DNA from: Octopus sinensis | Lineage: Eukaryota | Reading direction: 5' to 3' | Assembly: GCF_006345805.1 (NCBI RefSeq) | Contig: NW_021836205.1 | Location: 1-25,859 of the forward strand | DNA length: 25,859 nucleotides | Shown here: positions 1 through 12,392 of the stretch, in pieces | How positions within the stretch are numbered: the stretch's first letter is position 1 | How the letters are laid out: each line of letters starts with the position of its first letter | The notes under the pieces: model-generated | Told to the model about the DNA's origin: nothing | Databases searched by the model: none | The model's input: only the letters and a program-made list of their open reading frames with translations | Translations under genes and position numbers: made by a program

Positions 1-40
1 GTTGGTTAGCAAGCTACTTACCGCACTGCCATTCCTGTGC
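1..40 (-). mobile_element. tRNA-derived SINE family A, 5' head cut by window edge
   Basis: Reverse complement GCACAGGAATGGCAGTGCGGTAAGTAGCTTGCTAACCAAC matches the heads of the full copies at 7549-7972 and 22846-23212. Confidence 0.75.
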
Positions 41-43
41 AGA

Positions 44-44
<1 letters not shown>

Positions 45-88
<44 letters not shown>

Positions 89-190
89 TAATAAGGGTAG
101 AAATTGATATTAGTCAATTAAAACCAGTGGACTAGCATATTAAAAGAATCCGAAGATTAAATATATATATAAATATTTTAATCTTAGTAG

Positions 191-221
<31 letters not shown>

Positions 222-246
222 TATATATCTATATATATATATATAT

Positions 247-278
<32 letters not shown>

Positions 279-335
279 ATACATGTATGTATGCATTTAA
301 ATACATACACATATGCATGTACATCGTACGTAAGC
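45..335. repeat. (TA)n / (TACA)n microsatellite
   Basis: Direct inspection. Confidence 0.95.
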
Positions 336-509
336 ATATATGCTTGTATGTATGTGTATGTGTCTGTGTTTGTGTGCGTGTATCTGCATTCTTACTGTTA
401 TATCCTATTTCAAATTTGTTATTATTTGTCCCCCAAAAAATTGTTCACGTAGACAATATGCTGCTTTCATTATGAATGAAGTAACAATAACAACAGCAAC
501 AATAATATC

Positions 510-625
510 AGTAGAGGCGGTGGCAGCAGTAGAAGCGGTGGTAGCAGTAGAAGTGGTGGCAGCATTAGAAGCGGTGGCTGCAGCAGAGGCGGTGGCGGCA
601 GTAGAGGCGGTGGCAGCCGCAGTAG
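510..625. repeat. 18-bp minisatellite (GTAGAGGCGGTGGCAGCA-like, about 6 degenerate units)
   Basis: Repeated GTAGA(G/A)GCGGTGGCAGCA units. These explain the Ala/Val-rich ORFs 340..663 and 405..668. Confidence 0.8.
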
Positions 626-884
626 TGTCAGCAGAATGCGTATTAATTGAAGTTGGACGGTAATTCATAAATGAAAGCTGACGGACGGATCAAGTGTTTA
701 TGGGTGTTATGAATACAACAAATATACGGACTGTGATTGTGCCTAACATATGGGAAGATCGGCTGTGCATACGTGTGAGTGTGTGTGTGTGTGTGTGATA
801 TGTATGGCGTCACTTCGTGAGCCTAAAGTTACGGTTGGTTATAATAGTGAGAGAAACGGTGACACATTAATCTCTTGCATGATA

Positions 885-970
885 GAGCTTGCGTGGCACC
901 TTGGGCATGTGTGTTTGTGGATTTGGTGCACGGAAACTGAAAGAAGCCCATCCTCTCTCTCTCTCTCCCT

Positions 971-1007
<37 letters not shown>

Positions 1008-1084
1008 ATACATACATATATATATGTATGTATGTGTGTGTATGTATATATATATACATATATAAAACTATATGTATATATGTG

Positions 1085-1116
<32 letters not shown>

Positions 1117-1310
1117 AAACTATATGTATATATATGTGTGTATGTCTGTGTTTATTTGAGTGTGTTTGTGTGTGTTTGTTTGTAAGTGTATGCTTGTATG
1201 TGTGTGTATATATAGACATAAGCGTGGCTGTGTGGTAAGAAGCTTGCTTACTCCACCACATGCATGGTTCAGGGTTCAGTCCCACGGCGCGGCACCCTTG
1301 TTCCACTCTA
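885..1310 (+). mobile_element. Fragments of SINE family A (885-950 body piece, 1218-1300 head) separated by (TC)/(TA)/(TG) microsatellite
   Basis: GCGTGGCACCTTGGGCA...GGATTTGG...CGGAAACTGAAAGAAGCCC and GTGGCTGTGTGGTAAGAAGCTTGCTTAC...GGGTTCAGTCCCAC match the other family A copies. Confidence 0.7.
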
Positions 1311-1367
1311 GTCTCGACTCGATCATAGCCCGTGAGCGGATTTGTTGGGCAGAAACTGGAAGAAGAC

Positions 1368-1626
1368 TGTCCTTATGTTTGCAAGGGGGAGATAAGCAGC
1401 ACCTCCACCCAGCTAAGCCTGCACCCAGAGACTAGTTTCTGAGTCTTTGCTCGTCATCAGTCTGGGGTAGCATGGCCTGCTAGTTGGAGATGCCTATCTA
1501 GCCCTTGCAATCATATAAGAATTCTAGTGAAATAAATCCACTGATTACAAAAATAGAAACAATACATTTCTAAATATCTCAGAGATGGATGGAGGTGCTT
1601 ATCTCCCCCTTGCAAACATAAGGACA
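1368..1626 (-). mobile_element. 259-bp element bounded by inverted repeats and carrying a hammerhead motif; probable Penelope-like element remnant
   Basis: Arms 1368-1407 and 1590-1626 are reverse complements except for a 3-nt GCA duplication. An internal hammerhead motif is present and no clear target-site duplication was found. Confidence 0.7.
1424..1466 (-). ncRNA. Minimal type I hammerhead ribozyme motif
   Basis: Minus strand reads CCCAGA-CUGAUGA-CGAG-CAAAGA-CUCA-GAAAC-UA-GUC-UCUGGG. It has a 6-bp stem I, an exact core, a stem II with a C.A mismatch at the core-proximal pair, a 2-bp stem III and a GUC cleavage triplet. Confidence 0.8.
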
Positions 1627-1765
1627 CAAGAAATGTGTCAAGGCCGACAGGAAGCGTTGTTGCTTCCTAGGGCTAAATAGCAGTAGTATGATCCCCTTCA
1701 TGGGACTGTCACATTATACAAATTGACAGTATACAACTACTTTATCGTACCACTACTGCATAAAT

Positions 1766-1828
1766 CTGCAGCAGCGGCTCAAGTGTCAATACGTACAGAA
1801 GAGATGACTACAGGCAGTCCTGAGCGTG
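1766..1828 (-). mobile_element. Short decayed fragment of Tx1/L1-clade reverse transcriptase
   Basis: Minus frame reads HAQDCL*SSLLYVLTLEPLLQ, matching VRQGCPLS(P)LLYILTLEPLLR of the LINE at 12393-14660. Confidence 0.6.
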
Positions 1829-1860
1829 TCTTTGCATCAGAAACCACGGTATACCTAATC

Positions 1861-2052
1861 CTATTTCTTTATTGTCCACAAGGGGCTACACACAGAGGGG
1901 ACAAACAAGGACAGACAAACGGATTAAGTCGATTATATCGACCCCAGTGCGTAACTGGTACTTATTTAATCGACCCCGAAAGGATGAAAGGCAAAGTCGA
2001 CCTCGGCGGAATTTGAACTCAGAACGTAACGGTAGACGAAATACTGCTAAAT
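1861..2052 (-). mobile_element. tRNA-derived SINE family B, single unit
   Basis: Matches the 184-bp unit of the arrays at 18770-19956 and 21508-22095, including the B-box-like GAGTTCAAATTCC and the GTCGAT(N4)TCGAC hairpin. Confidence 0.9.
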
Positions 2053-2060
2053 GTGCTTAC

Positions 2061-2105
2061 AAAATTCCAATAGCCTGACATCCTGTCCATTGGGACGCGT
2101 CCCTT
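2061..2105 (-). CDS. Candidate 45-nt internal exon of a putative minus-strand secreted protein (KGRVPMDRMSGYWNF in phase 0)
   Basis: Minus-strand acceptor TTCTATTGTTCTTGTAG and donor GTAAGC. Open in all three frames. No homology recognised. Confidence 0.35.
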
Positions 2106-2220
2106 CTACAAGAACAATAGAATGCTGAAAGCTTGTGGTAGTAATCCGCTACCCGCAAAAATTCTACGAGGAATAAGAGCGAACCTTAGTGAAATCATCA
2201 ATATATATACATACACATAC

Positions 2221-2254
<34 letters not shown>

Positions 2255-2258
<4 letters not shown>

Positions 2259-3103
2259 GGTGCGGTGAATAAACTGTCGTCTAAATTACACAAGAATGAA
2301 AATAACACTGACGTCTCATTTTGGCAGATATGAATAGCAAAATTACATAAAAATATCTTGAAATGGTAAAAAGTAAATTTCTTCTATAAAATCACCACTG
2401 GCTTCAACCACAGCCTTCAGAATGCTTCAAAATCTCTTACAACTCTTCTGGAGGGTCACCTTGTTTAAGTTGGTAAATGCTGCCATAATCTTTACCTTCA
2501 GTTCATGTTTGGTGTTACAAGGAGTTTTGTTGGTCACCCGCTCGACTGCGCCCGCACATAATAATCAAGATGATTGCAGTGTTAGGGGTGATGTGGTCGC
2601 AGAAACTGTCTGACACCCATGACTGGATTCTTCTGCTTCTCTGGCATGGTGCAGAGTCCTGTTGCCAGACACAGAGTCTTCCAGCAACCACCGTCTTGAC
2701 CCAGGGTAGCACTACCTCCTCCATGCACTTGATGTAGGTCACCGTGTTGAGTTTGAAACCGTGTGGGAAGATGAATGGACGCATAACGTGGCCATAACTA
2801 GTGATCATTCCAAACATCATGACATTGATTGGACGTTTGATTTTTATCACTCTCGGTACATGTCCTCAGATTGCACCCCAACACTCTTAAGTGTTCGTAT
2901 TGGAGCTTCTGGCGCAAATACGAAGCAGTACGGCATATTTCCAAATTTCCGGCAGGGTGAATTACGTCATAGTGTTGTTTTTCTTACAGACGATGCCCAA
3001 CTGACCCTACTGTACTGTGTAGTTGACAAAATCTAAAACAAGCAATGCGCATGCGTGAAATTAAAAATATAATATAGCGACAATTTACCAATCGCACACT
3101 CTA
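2255..3103 (-). mobile_element. Internally deleted Tc1/mariner-superfamily DNA transposon, probably maT/DD37D-like
   Basis: ORF 2515..2850 contains VMMFGMITSYGHVMRPFIF...CVWQQDSAPC. After a deletion removing WPPNSPD it continues CNHLDYYV...TNKTPCNTKHELK...AVVEASGDFIE. Degenerate TIRs at about 2255-2288 (GGGTGCGGTGAATAAACTGTCGTCTA) and 3072-3103 (TAGCGACAATTTACCAATCGCACACTCT). Confidence 0.85.
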
Positions 3104-3445
3104 AAAAATATATATGTACACACACACACACACATACGCACACTTGCCTAATTATGTAATCATATACACATAATATGCGTGGGTATATAAATGTGGGCGT
3201 GTGAGTGTATCTGAGTGTGTATGTGTCCGTGTGCGTGCGCGTTTCTGTTTCTGATCGCTAACTTTTGCGTTTGATATTGTTGACTGTCACCAAGCTTGTC
3301 ACGAGATATTCATGTGGTTAAGTACTAGACTATTATGAATGATTTTTGATTTTTGCACTTAATTGTCATCTGTGTAGGAGTTAGAAAACATAAGCACTCA
3401 CACATATGTGTATATACATTTATGTATGTATATATGTGCCTTAGT

Positions 3446-5081
<1,636 letters not shown>

Positions 5082-5135
5082 TATATATATATATACTATA
5101 TATATATATATATATAATATATATATAATATATAA

Positions 5136-5189
<54 letters not shown>

Positions 5190-5216
5190 TCATATATAGA
5201 TATATATATTTATATT

Positions 5217-5374
5217 ATATAGAGGAGCAATTATTACACATAAATGCCTCACACTAAGAGGGACATAAGTCATTACTACCAAAATTTCACTAATCATACC
5301 CAAATGCAGTTTTTCAAAGCAAAACATTTAAAAAATGAGTGTGAGGCATTTATGTGTAATAATGCCCTCTATAT
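5217..5374. mobile_element. About 158-bp element with ~38-bp inverted repeats (MITE-like or Penelope-like inverted end)
   Basis: TATAGAGGAGCAATTATTACACATAAATGCCTCACACT (5217-5255) is the near-perfect reverse complement of AGTGTGAGGCATTTATGTGTAATAATGCCCTCTATA (5338-5374). Confidence 0.6.
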
Positions 5375-5595
5375 AATATAAATTAATATGTTCAAAAGAG
5401 AAAAATTATTTTCGAATTTTTCTCTTATGAGGTTTTTCACGCTAACTACCTGATAATTTCTTGTTAAGATTCCTTATTAAGAATTTATCCTTAATTGTTA
5501 TATATATATATTTATGTATATATGTGTGTGTGTGTGTTTATATATATAGGTATAGATACATACACATATGTATATATGCACACATATACATATAT

Positions 5596-5707
5596 TCCTA
5601 TTATTATTATTGTTATTATTATTATTATTATCATCATCATCATCATCATCATTATCATCATATTATTATTATTGCTATTGTTATTGTTGTTGTTGTTACT
5701 AATATTA

Positions 5708-5755
<48 letters not shown>

Positions 5756-5870
5756 GTTGTTGTTGTTGTTGCTGTTGTTGTTGTTGTTGTTGTTTATTAT
5801 TATATTATTATTATTATTATTATTATTGGTATTGTTGTTGTTGGTATCATCATTATTATTATTTATTCTT
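5596..5870. repeat. Compound trinucleotide microsatellite (ATT)/(CAT)/(GTT)
   Basis: Direct inspection. Confidence 0.95.
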
Positions 5871-6004
5871 CTATTTATTCATTTATTCATGCAGTTTATT
5901 GTATTCTAATTCAAAATTGTTTTCACTTTGTCACAACAGTTGTTCGCGGTAACAATGCTAATATGGTGTCTTTAATATGGCCGCAAATATGAATGAAACG
6001 GCTA

Positions 6005-6032
6005 AAACAACAACAACAACAACAACAACAAC

Positions 6033-6081
<49 letters not shown>

Positions 6082-6083
6082 CT

Positions 6084-6122
<39 letters not shown>

Positions 6123-6132
6123 CAGCAGCAAC
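6005..6132. repeat. (CAA)n(CAG)n microsatellite
   Basis: Direct inspection. Confidence 0.95.
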
Positions 6133-6167
6133 TACATCAAAAACACTAAGAAGAACAAAACAGTTAC

Positions 6168-6203
6168 AATGCCACTAATTTTAGCAGCGGCTTCGAATTG
6201 TAG
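6168..6203 (-). CDS. Candidate 36-nt exon completing a signal peptide (LQFEAAAKISGI)
   Basis: Minus-strand acceptor TTTTTCCACAG and donor GTAACT. Phase 0-0, in frame with the 7152-7190 exon. Confidence 0.35.
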
Positions 6204-6384
6204 CTGTGGAAAAATCTAATGAACGTATCAAATTGTTCCCTCGGTAATTATAGAACAAATATAATTTTTTTGACTGGGATTCAAATACGTGAGTGAGTAC
6301 AGGGCTTTGTGTGGTAATAATAATGTCCTACGCCAAGAATTCCGGTCTCTTGGATGGCATAGTTATGTGTGTTCGAGTGCATCT

Positions 6385-6530
6385 CTATTACTCTTTTACT
6401 TATTTCAGTAATTTGATTGCAGTCATGCAATCGACCCCAGGACTTATTCTTTGTAAGCCAAGTACTTATTCTATCGGCCTCTTTTGCCGAACCGCTAAGT
6501 TACGGGGACGTAAACAAAACAGCATCGTAA
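6385..6530 (-). mobile_element. SINE family A, 3' half
   Basis: TTACTCTTTTACTT...TCGACCCCAGGACTTATTCTTTGTAAGCC...GCCGAACCGCTAAGTTACGGGGACGTAAAC matches the full copies. Confidence 0.85.
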
Positions 6531-6542
6531 AATCTCCACATG

Positions 6543-6582
<40 letters not shown>

Positions 6583-6754
6583 TGGAGAATGAGTGCAAAC
6601 ACATATATCCGCATGTATATGTGTATATTTACAAATACGTGCACACATACATAGAGAGTGATGGCGAGAGTGAGAGAGAAAGAGAGTTAATATAAGAGAG
6701 GGGAATTGAGATGAACAGATATGCAGAAAGGATGATAGATATATAGTTAAATAT

Positions 6755-6782
6755 GTTGAAAGATAGTTAGATAGACAGACAT

Positions 6783-6870
<88 letters not shown>

Positions 6871-7030
6871 GTAGATAGGTAGATAGACAGATAGATGATG
6901 GATAGATATATAGGTAGATAGATAGGTAGATAGTTAGACAGATAGATAGATAGATAGATAGAAAGATAGATAGAAAGATAGATAGAAGAAAGATAGATAG
7001 ATAGATAGATAGAAAGATAGATAGATATTT
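6755..7030. repeat. (GATA)n microsatellite
   Basis: Direct inspection. Confidence 0.95.
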
Positions 7031-7151
7031 GGGTACATACAAACGAACAGAGACACACTTAAACGCACACTTCCAGTATCCCACACAGGATTCCACGCGT
7101 ACAAACAGGCACACGCCTATGTAATGACATGTAATGACTCTTAAAACATAC

Positions 7152-7190
7152 TCCCGCTACGACCACGCACCACAACAACAATCCAAGCAT
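7152..7190 (-). CDS. Candidate first coding exon with signal-peptide-like N-terminus (MLGLLLWCVVVAG)
   Basis: Minus strand reads TTCATTGTCTTCAG|AACAAAAACA-ATG CTT GGA TTG TTG TTG TGG TGC GTG GTC GTA GCG GGA|GTATGT. The acceptor, A-rich start context, hydrophobic codons and donor are all good. Confidence 0.45.
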
Positions 7191-7548
7191 TGTTTTTGTT
7201 CTGAAGACAATGAACATAAGAGTAGTATTGTTAAATATATTACTTGACATAACATAACCTATAAATATCACACCGGAAACAGAAATGACAAGGTATATAC
7301 CAAGAACGATTTATCCGGCAATACTTAACAGTTGCATAACGTATTTAAATGTTTTATCGGTCAATGTAATGCCAACAGGTGCTTGCATATCAGACACCCA
7401 CAACACATTTCTCTGGTGTAGTACTTTTAGGCCTCTGGATGTTTACATCGTTCGGCAATTGCCCGTTAGTCTCTTACCTCGCCGCTACATCATGTGAGTT
7501 GCATATCAGTATTTAGTTCAATATGTTGGTTTCAGGATTCGACTTTTC

Positions 7549-7972
7549 TTTTACTCTTTTTAGTCTTTTACTTGTTTCAGTTTTTTTTTTACTGTGGTCA
7601 TGCTGGAGCACCGCCTTTAGTCGAGCAAATCGACCCCAGCACTTATTCTTTGTAACCATAGTACTTATTCTGTCGGTCTCTTTTGCCGAACCGCTAAGTG
7701 ACGGGGACGTAAACACACCAGCATCGGTTGTCAAGCAATGTTGGTGGGGGGACAAATACAGACACACACACACACACACACACGCACATATATATCTAGA
7801 TATATATACGACGGGCTTCTTTCAGTTTCCGTCTACCAAATCCACTCACAAGGCTTTGGTCGGCCCGAGGCTATAGTAGAAGACACCTGCCCAAGGTGCC
7901 GCGCAGTTGGACTGAACCCGGAACCATGTGGTTAGTTAGCAAGCTACTTACCACACAGCCACTCCTATGCCT
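7549..7972 (-). mobile_element. Full-length tRNA-derived SINE family A
   Basis: Minus strand has the head AGGCATAGGAGTGGCTGTGTGGTAAG..., B-box-like GGGTTCAGTCC, an internal (TG)n and a (GAGTAAAA)-type tail. Several copies occur in the window. Confidence 0.92.
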
Positions 7973-7984
7973 ATAAAAAATGTG

Positions 7985-8680
7985 CAGTGCTTAACTGGTA
8001 CATATTCCATCGACCCCGCAGGATGAGTGGCAATTCCGACCTTTGCGGAATTTGAAAACTGAACCTCGGGACAGACGTAATGCCTATTTTTTTACTGCCC
8101 ACAAGAGGCTACACACAGGGGGGACAAACAAGTACAGACAAACGGGTTAAGTTGATTACATCGACCCCAGTGCGTAACTGGTACTTATTTAATCAACCCC
8201 GAAAGGATAAAAGGCAAAGTCAACCTCGGCAGGATTTGAACTCAGAACGTAGCGGCAGACGTAATACCTATTTCTTTACTACCCACAAGGGGATGCAACA
8301 TAGAGGACAAACAATGACAGACAAAGGGATTAAGTCGATTATATCGACCCCAGTGCGTAGCTGGTACTTATTTAATCGACCCCGAAAGGATGAAAGGCAA
8401 AGTCGATCTCGGCGGAATTTGAACTCAGAACGTAACGGCAGACGTAATACATATTTATTTACTACCCACAAGGGGCTAAACACCGAGAGGGCAAAGAAGG
8501 GCAGACAAAGGGATTAAGTCGATTATATCGACCCCAGTGCGTAGCTGGTACTTATTTAATCGACCCCGAAAGGATGAAATGCAAAGTCGACCTCGGCGGA
8601 ATTTGAACTCAGAACGCAGCGGCAGACGAAATACCGCAATGCATTTCGCCTGGCGTGCTAACGATTCTACCAGCCCTAGA
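7985..8680 (-). mobile_element. SINE family B tandem array (head + three 184-bp units + degenerate partial unit)
   Basis: Unit boundaries at about 8083, 8267 and 8451 (184-bp spacing). Single tRNA-like head at about 8620-8675. Confidence 0.9.
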
Positions 8681-8821
8681 GTATAAAAATTTTAAATTTC
8701 AACAGTTAGTTGTTAACCGTCTGCGTAAATATAATTATACGTAAATGCATGATCCGTTGTTTTAGTAGAAACTCATTACGGGACGAGCGGACATCGGGAG
8801 AAAAATATCAGAGGAAGAATT

Positions 8822-8900
8822 TACACTCAGAACGTAGCGGCAGACGAAATACCGCTAAGCATTTCGCCTGGCGATTCTGCCAGCTTGCTAATGATTCTGC
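8822..8900 (-). mobile_element. Orphan SINE family B head
   Basis: ACTCAGAACGTAGCGGCAGACGAAATACCGCTAAGCATTTCGCC...GCTAATGATTCTGCCAGCT matches the family B head. Confidence 0.75.
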
Positions 8901-9151
8901 CAGCTTTCCGACTAGTACCTTTGTTTTATAGATTCACAGAAGGATTAAAAATGAGCTGACGTACCGTTTCTGGATTTCAGCTTAGAACGTAAAAAGTTGT
9001 AAGATGAGTGTCTCCAAGCATGTTCTCCAAAATTTTACTTATTCTATCACGATAACCTCTCACGGCTTCTGATCTTAACTAACTGTAAGTGTTATGTATG
9101 TTTTCTTTCGGCGTAAAAATTCGGCTACAGCAAATATTCTGCTCAATACAA

Positions 9152-9727
9152 AAAATATTTCAGTTTTGAAATTAGATTTGAACTTAGCACCTAAGGGGAC
9201 GTAATATAAGCAATTGGAAGTGTTATTATGTGCATGTTTCCTCTTGGTATAAAAGATCGACTACAATAAATATTCTGCTCGGTATCACAGATTTGCTTCT
9301 CAGTTCCTTGACCTTAACCAGTTGAGTATGTCCCTTAGTAGTGGAAAATATTTCAGTTTTGAAATTAGATTTGAACTTAGCACCTAAGGGGACGTAATAT
9401 AAGTAATTGAAGTGTTATTAGTGCATGTTTCCTCTTGGTATAAAAGATCGACTACCATAAATATCTGCTCGGTATCACAGATTTGCTTCTCAGTTCCTTG
9501 ACCTTAACCAGTTGAGTATGTCCCTTAGTAGTGGAAAATATTTCAGTTTTGAAATTAGATTTGAACTTAGCACCTAAGGGGACGTAATATAAGTAATTGG
9601 AAGTGTTATTATGTGCATGTTTCCTCTTGGTATAAAAGATCGACTACAATAAATATTCTGCTCGGTATCACAGATTTGCTTCTCAGTTCCTTGACCTTAA
9701 CCAGTTGAGTATGTCCCTTAGTAGTGG
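9152..9727. repeat. Tandem triplication of a ~193-bp unit (9152, 9345, 9535)
   Basis: AAAATATTTCAGTTTTGAAATTAG recurs at spacings of 193 and 190 bp, and the units are nearly identical. Confidence 0.95.
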
Positions 9728-9769
9728 ACAATATGTGCGTTTCTGATCATGATCAACTCATGGACACAA

Positions 9770-10125
9770 GCAACGATTTCTTTACCGAATTGTTACTGGC
9801 GACGGCAAATGGTGCCTGTACATCAATATGAAGCAGCGTAAGGAATGGCTTAGCCGCGGTAAACAAGCAACAGCGCGCGTGAATCAAGATCTTCATCCGC
9901 GTAAAACGATGTTGTGCTTATGGTGGGACTGGGAATTGAGAGCTTGGTTGGATCAATTTTTTTAGTCGAAATCGGGTGACTTCGAAAAACTTGTTGAACG
10001 TTGGGAAGAAATTGTAAACAACAAGGGTGAATACATTATAACTTAATTGGTTGTTATTTTTAATTAAACCTTTAAAAAATATTTAAATTTATAAAAAACG
10101 GCGGGAACTTAGTTGCCAACACAAT
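9770..10125 (+). mobile_element. Internally deleted mariner transposon remnant with 3' TIR
   Basis: Translates LYRIVTGDGKWCLYINMKQRKEWLSRGKQATARVNQDLHPRKTMLCLWWDW (first catalytic D, VTGDEKW-type). After a deletion it reads ...EKLVERWEEIVNNKGEYII. The terminal AAACGGCGGGAACTTAGTTGCCAAC is TIR-like. Confidence 0.85.
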
Positions 10126-10545
10126 TAAATAAGAAGAGCAAAAAAAAAAGTTTGCGCAGATAAGGATATGTACTACAGAAAGACGTAATGGACTAAACAG
10201 AACAGGAGGAGACACATGGGATGGGAGTGTCACTGAAGAGGTCACAAGTGTGTGACGAAAGATTTCCAGACAATGGGGATAAGATAAAATAATAAAAAAA
10301 TTATTTCTGTTTATTATAATAAACGAGTGAAGAACGATAAGAAAAAAAGGTAAAAAAAATGACCATTTCCGATAACATTTGTCAAGGTACGCAACTCAGA
10401 TTTCTTATGACGAGTTACCTCCCTTATTATTATTACTATTATTATTATTATTATTATTATTTTTTTCTTTTTCGGAAATTGGATTTTTGCTAGTAGTTTC
10501 TTGCACAGGGCATAATACGTGAAATTTTGGGAGGATTGCCAGCAT

Positions 10546-10678
10546 TCGACAGGTATTTATTTTAATCCTCCCCCGAAATGGCGAAAGGCAAGGTCGACCT
10601 CGTCGAGATTCGAAGTTAGAATTTAAAAATGGACGAATTGCTGCCAAACGTTTTTTGTTAAGCGTGTTACCGTTTCCA
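10546..10678 (-). mobile_element. Degenerate SINE family B fragment
   Basis: CCCCGAAATGGCGAAAGGCAAGGTCGACCTCGTCGAGATTCGAAG resembles the family B core. Confidence 0.65.
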
Positions 10679-10887
10679 CAAATAATAATAAATATTGTAC
10701 ACACTGGCCAAGAACTGCATTCTGTTTTTTTTGTTTTTCTTTCTGTTTTCCTTTTTCGTTTCCGTAACGAAGGCAGGCAAGAATAATCGTTTGCTTTGCA
10801 TTAGACCAGTCGTGAGACAACCACAGTCCTGGGGACGTCTTGAATGATGGGCTAATTCAAAGTTACCTCGATTTTTTTTCTTCTCTG

Positions 10888-10960
10888 TATGCGGCCCGGT
10901 TGGTGATGAACCATGTCTCATGCGGCCCGCAACTCGTAAACGGTTGCCCATGCACTGAAT
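10888..10960. mobile_element. Possible hAT-type transposon end
   Basis: Repeated ATGCGGCCCG subterminal motifs followed by GGTTGCCCATGCACTG, resembling hAT termini as recalled, not searched. Confidence 0.4.
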
Positions 10961-11452
10961 AGAAAGAAAAAGGAATATATCAATAGAGAACAACCATGAT
11001 CGTTTAGTACCAACCATGATTAATGATTAATGGTTAATAAGTTTGGAACTTATGTGTGTGTGTGTGTGTGTCTATACACACACACATGCACACACATTCA
11101 TATATCGTTGTACGTTACTTTTCCCCTTATTACATTAGGATACACACATTGAATTGCAAAAGAATTGAATGCTTGAAAATTGTGAAAGATAGACGTATGT
11201 GTGAGTGTGTGTGTGTGGGGTGTGTGTAATTAAGATTACGTTGAATTAGGTACTTAAATTGAAGCACCTTACTAGGTCGGTATAATCCGCACTCCGAAAC
11301 AATATTATTTGAATATTGAATATCTAGACTCCGTGCTGGCCGTTTGTACCTGGTGTTCCTGTCGTACGCGCTGAGAGCGCAAAAAGAGCCGCTTGAAACG
11401 GCCGTAATGAACTAATACCTGTACATTTTTGTCACTCATTTATACATATATT

Positions 11453-11494
<42 letters not shown>

Positions 11495-11500
11495 AGAGAG

Positions 11501-11935
11501 AGGTCATCCCATAAATAATGCGGTTTTTTCAATTGCATGAAATAAAAGTCGGATGGGACCGGGATAAACTATCTGCATCAACTTGCTATAAGTGCAGGTA
11601 GTAATTTTACTTCGTACTTATTCTTAGTGCAAGTTTTGAAGAGTACCGTTCGGTATTTTAACTCCATAATGTAGTATATGGAGATTGGGCAATAAGTGTA
11701 AGCCAGTGTCAACGGTGGTTCCAGAAAATCAGACCCGGAAAATGCACCATAGCAGACGATCCTTGTCCTGGAAGACCTGTAGATCTACCTGCGCTTGAAG
11801 AAAAATAACCATCTTTGGTTTCAAGACGAAAGGTGTTCTTCCACATACAGCGGTTGGAGCAGTTTGAATGGGAAAACGATGCCCCACTCACCATATTCAC
11901 CGGACATTGCCCCAGCTGATTATCATTTATTCCGA
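11501..11935 (+). mobile_element. Internally deleted mariner transposon remnant
   Basis: Translates VYGDWAISVSQCQRWFQKIRPGKCTIADDPCPGRP (N-terminal HTH region) and, after a deletion, PHSPYSPDIAPADYHLFR (YSPDLAPSD motif). TIR-like AGGTCATCCCATAAATAATGCGG at the start. Confidence 0.85.
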
Positions 11936-11989
11936 ATTGTTCATGCTGTATCGCACGTTCAACGTACTATATAACGGGATTATAAAAAT

Positions 11990-12392
<403 letters not shown>

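Noticed and set aside
340-668. Ala/Val/Glu-rich or Ser/Gly/Arg-rich ORFs
   Set aside because: Explained by an 18-bp minisatellite, with no convincing splice sites.
676-745. Cys-containing peptide LTDGSSVYGCYEYNKYTDCDCA* on the + strand
   Set aside because: There is an in-frame stop immediately upstream, only a purine-rich weak acceptor, and no upstream partner exon identified.
140-1306. ORFs rich in YI/CV/HT dipeptides here, and similar ones at 4191-4398, 5461-5992, 6747-7114, 11868-12428 and 17088-17973
   Set aside because: These are translations of (TA)n, (TG)n, (GATA)n and (ATT)n microsatellites with no coding signal.
5977-6219. Poly-T/poly-Q ORF MAANMNETAK...QQQQ
   Set aside because: It is driven by a (CAA)n(CAG)n microsatellite. 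The flanks are short and unrecognisable and there is no supporting exon structure on the + strand.
6254-6288. + strand micro-exon candidate NKYNFFDWDSNT with a GTGAGT donor
   Set aside because: The acceptor is weak and no partner exons were found.
7985-9727. Regularly spaced repeats with internal palindromes resembling a CRISPR array
   Set aside because: Units are 184-193 bp near-identical tandem copies without unique spacers, in eukaryotic DNA with no cas genes.
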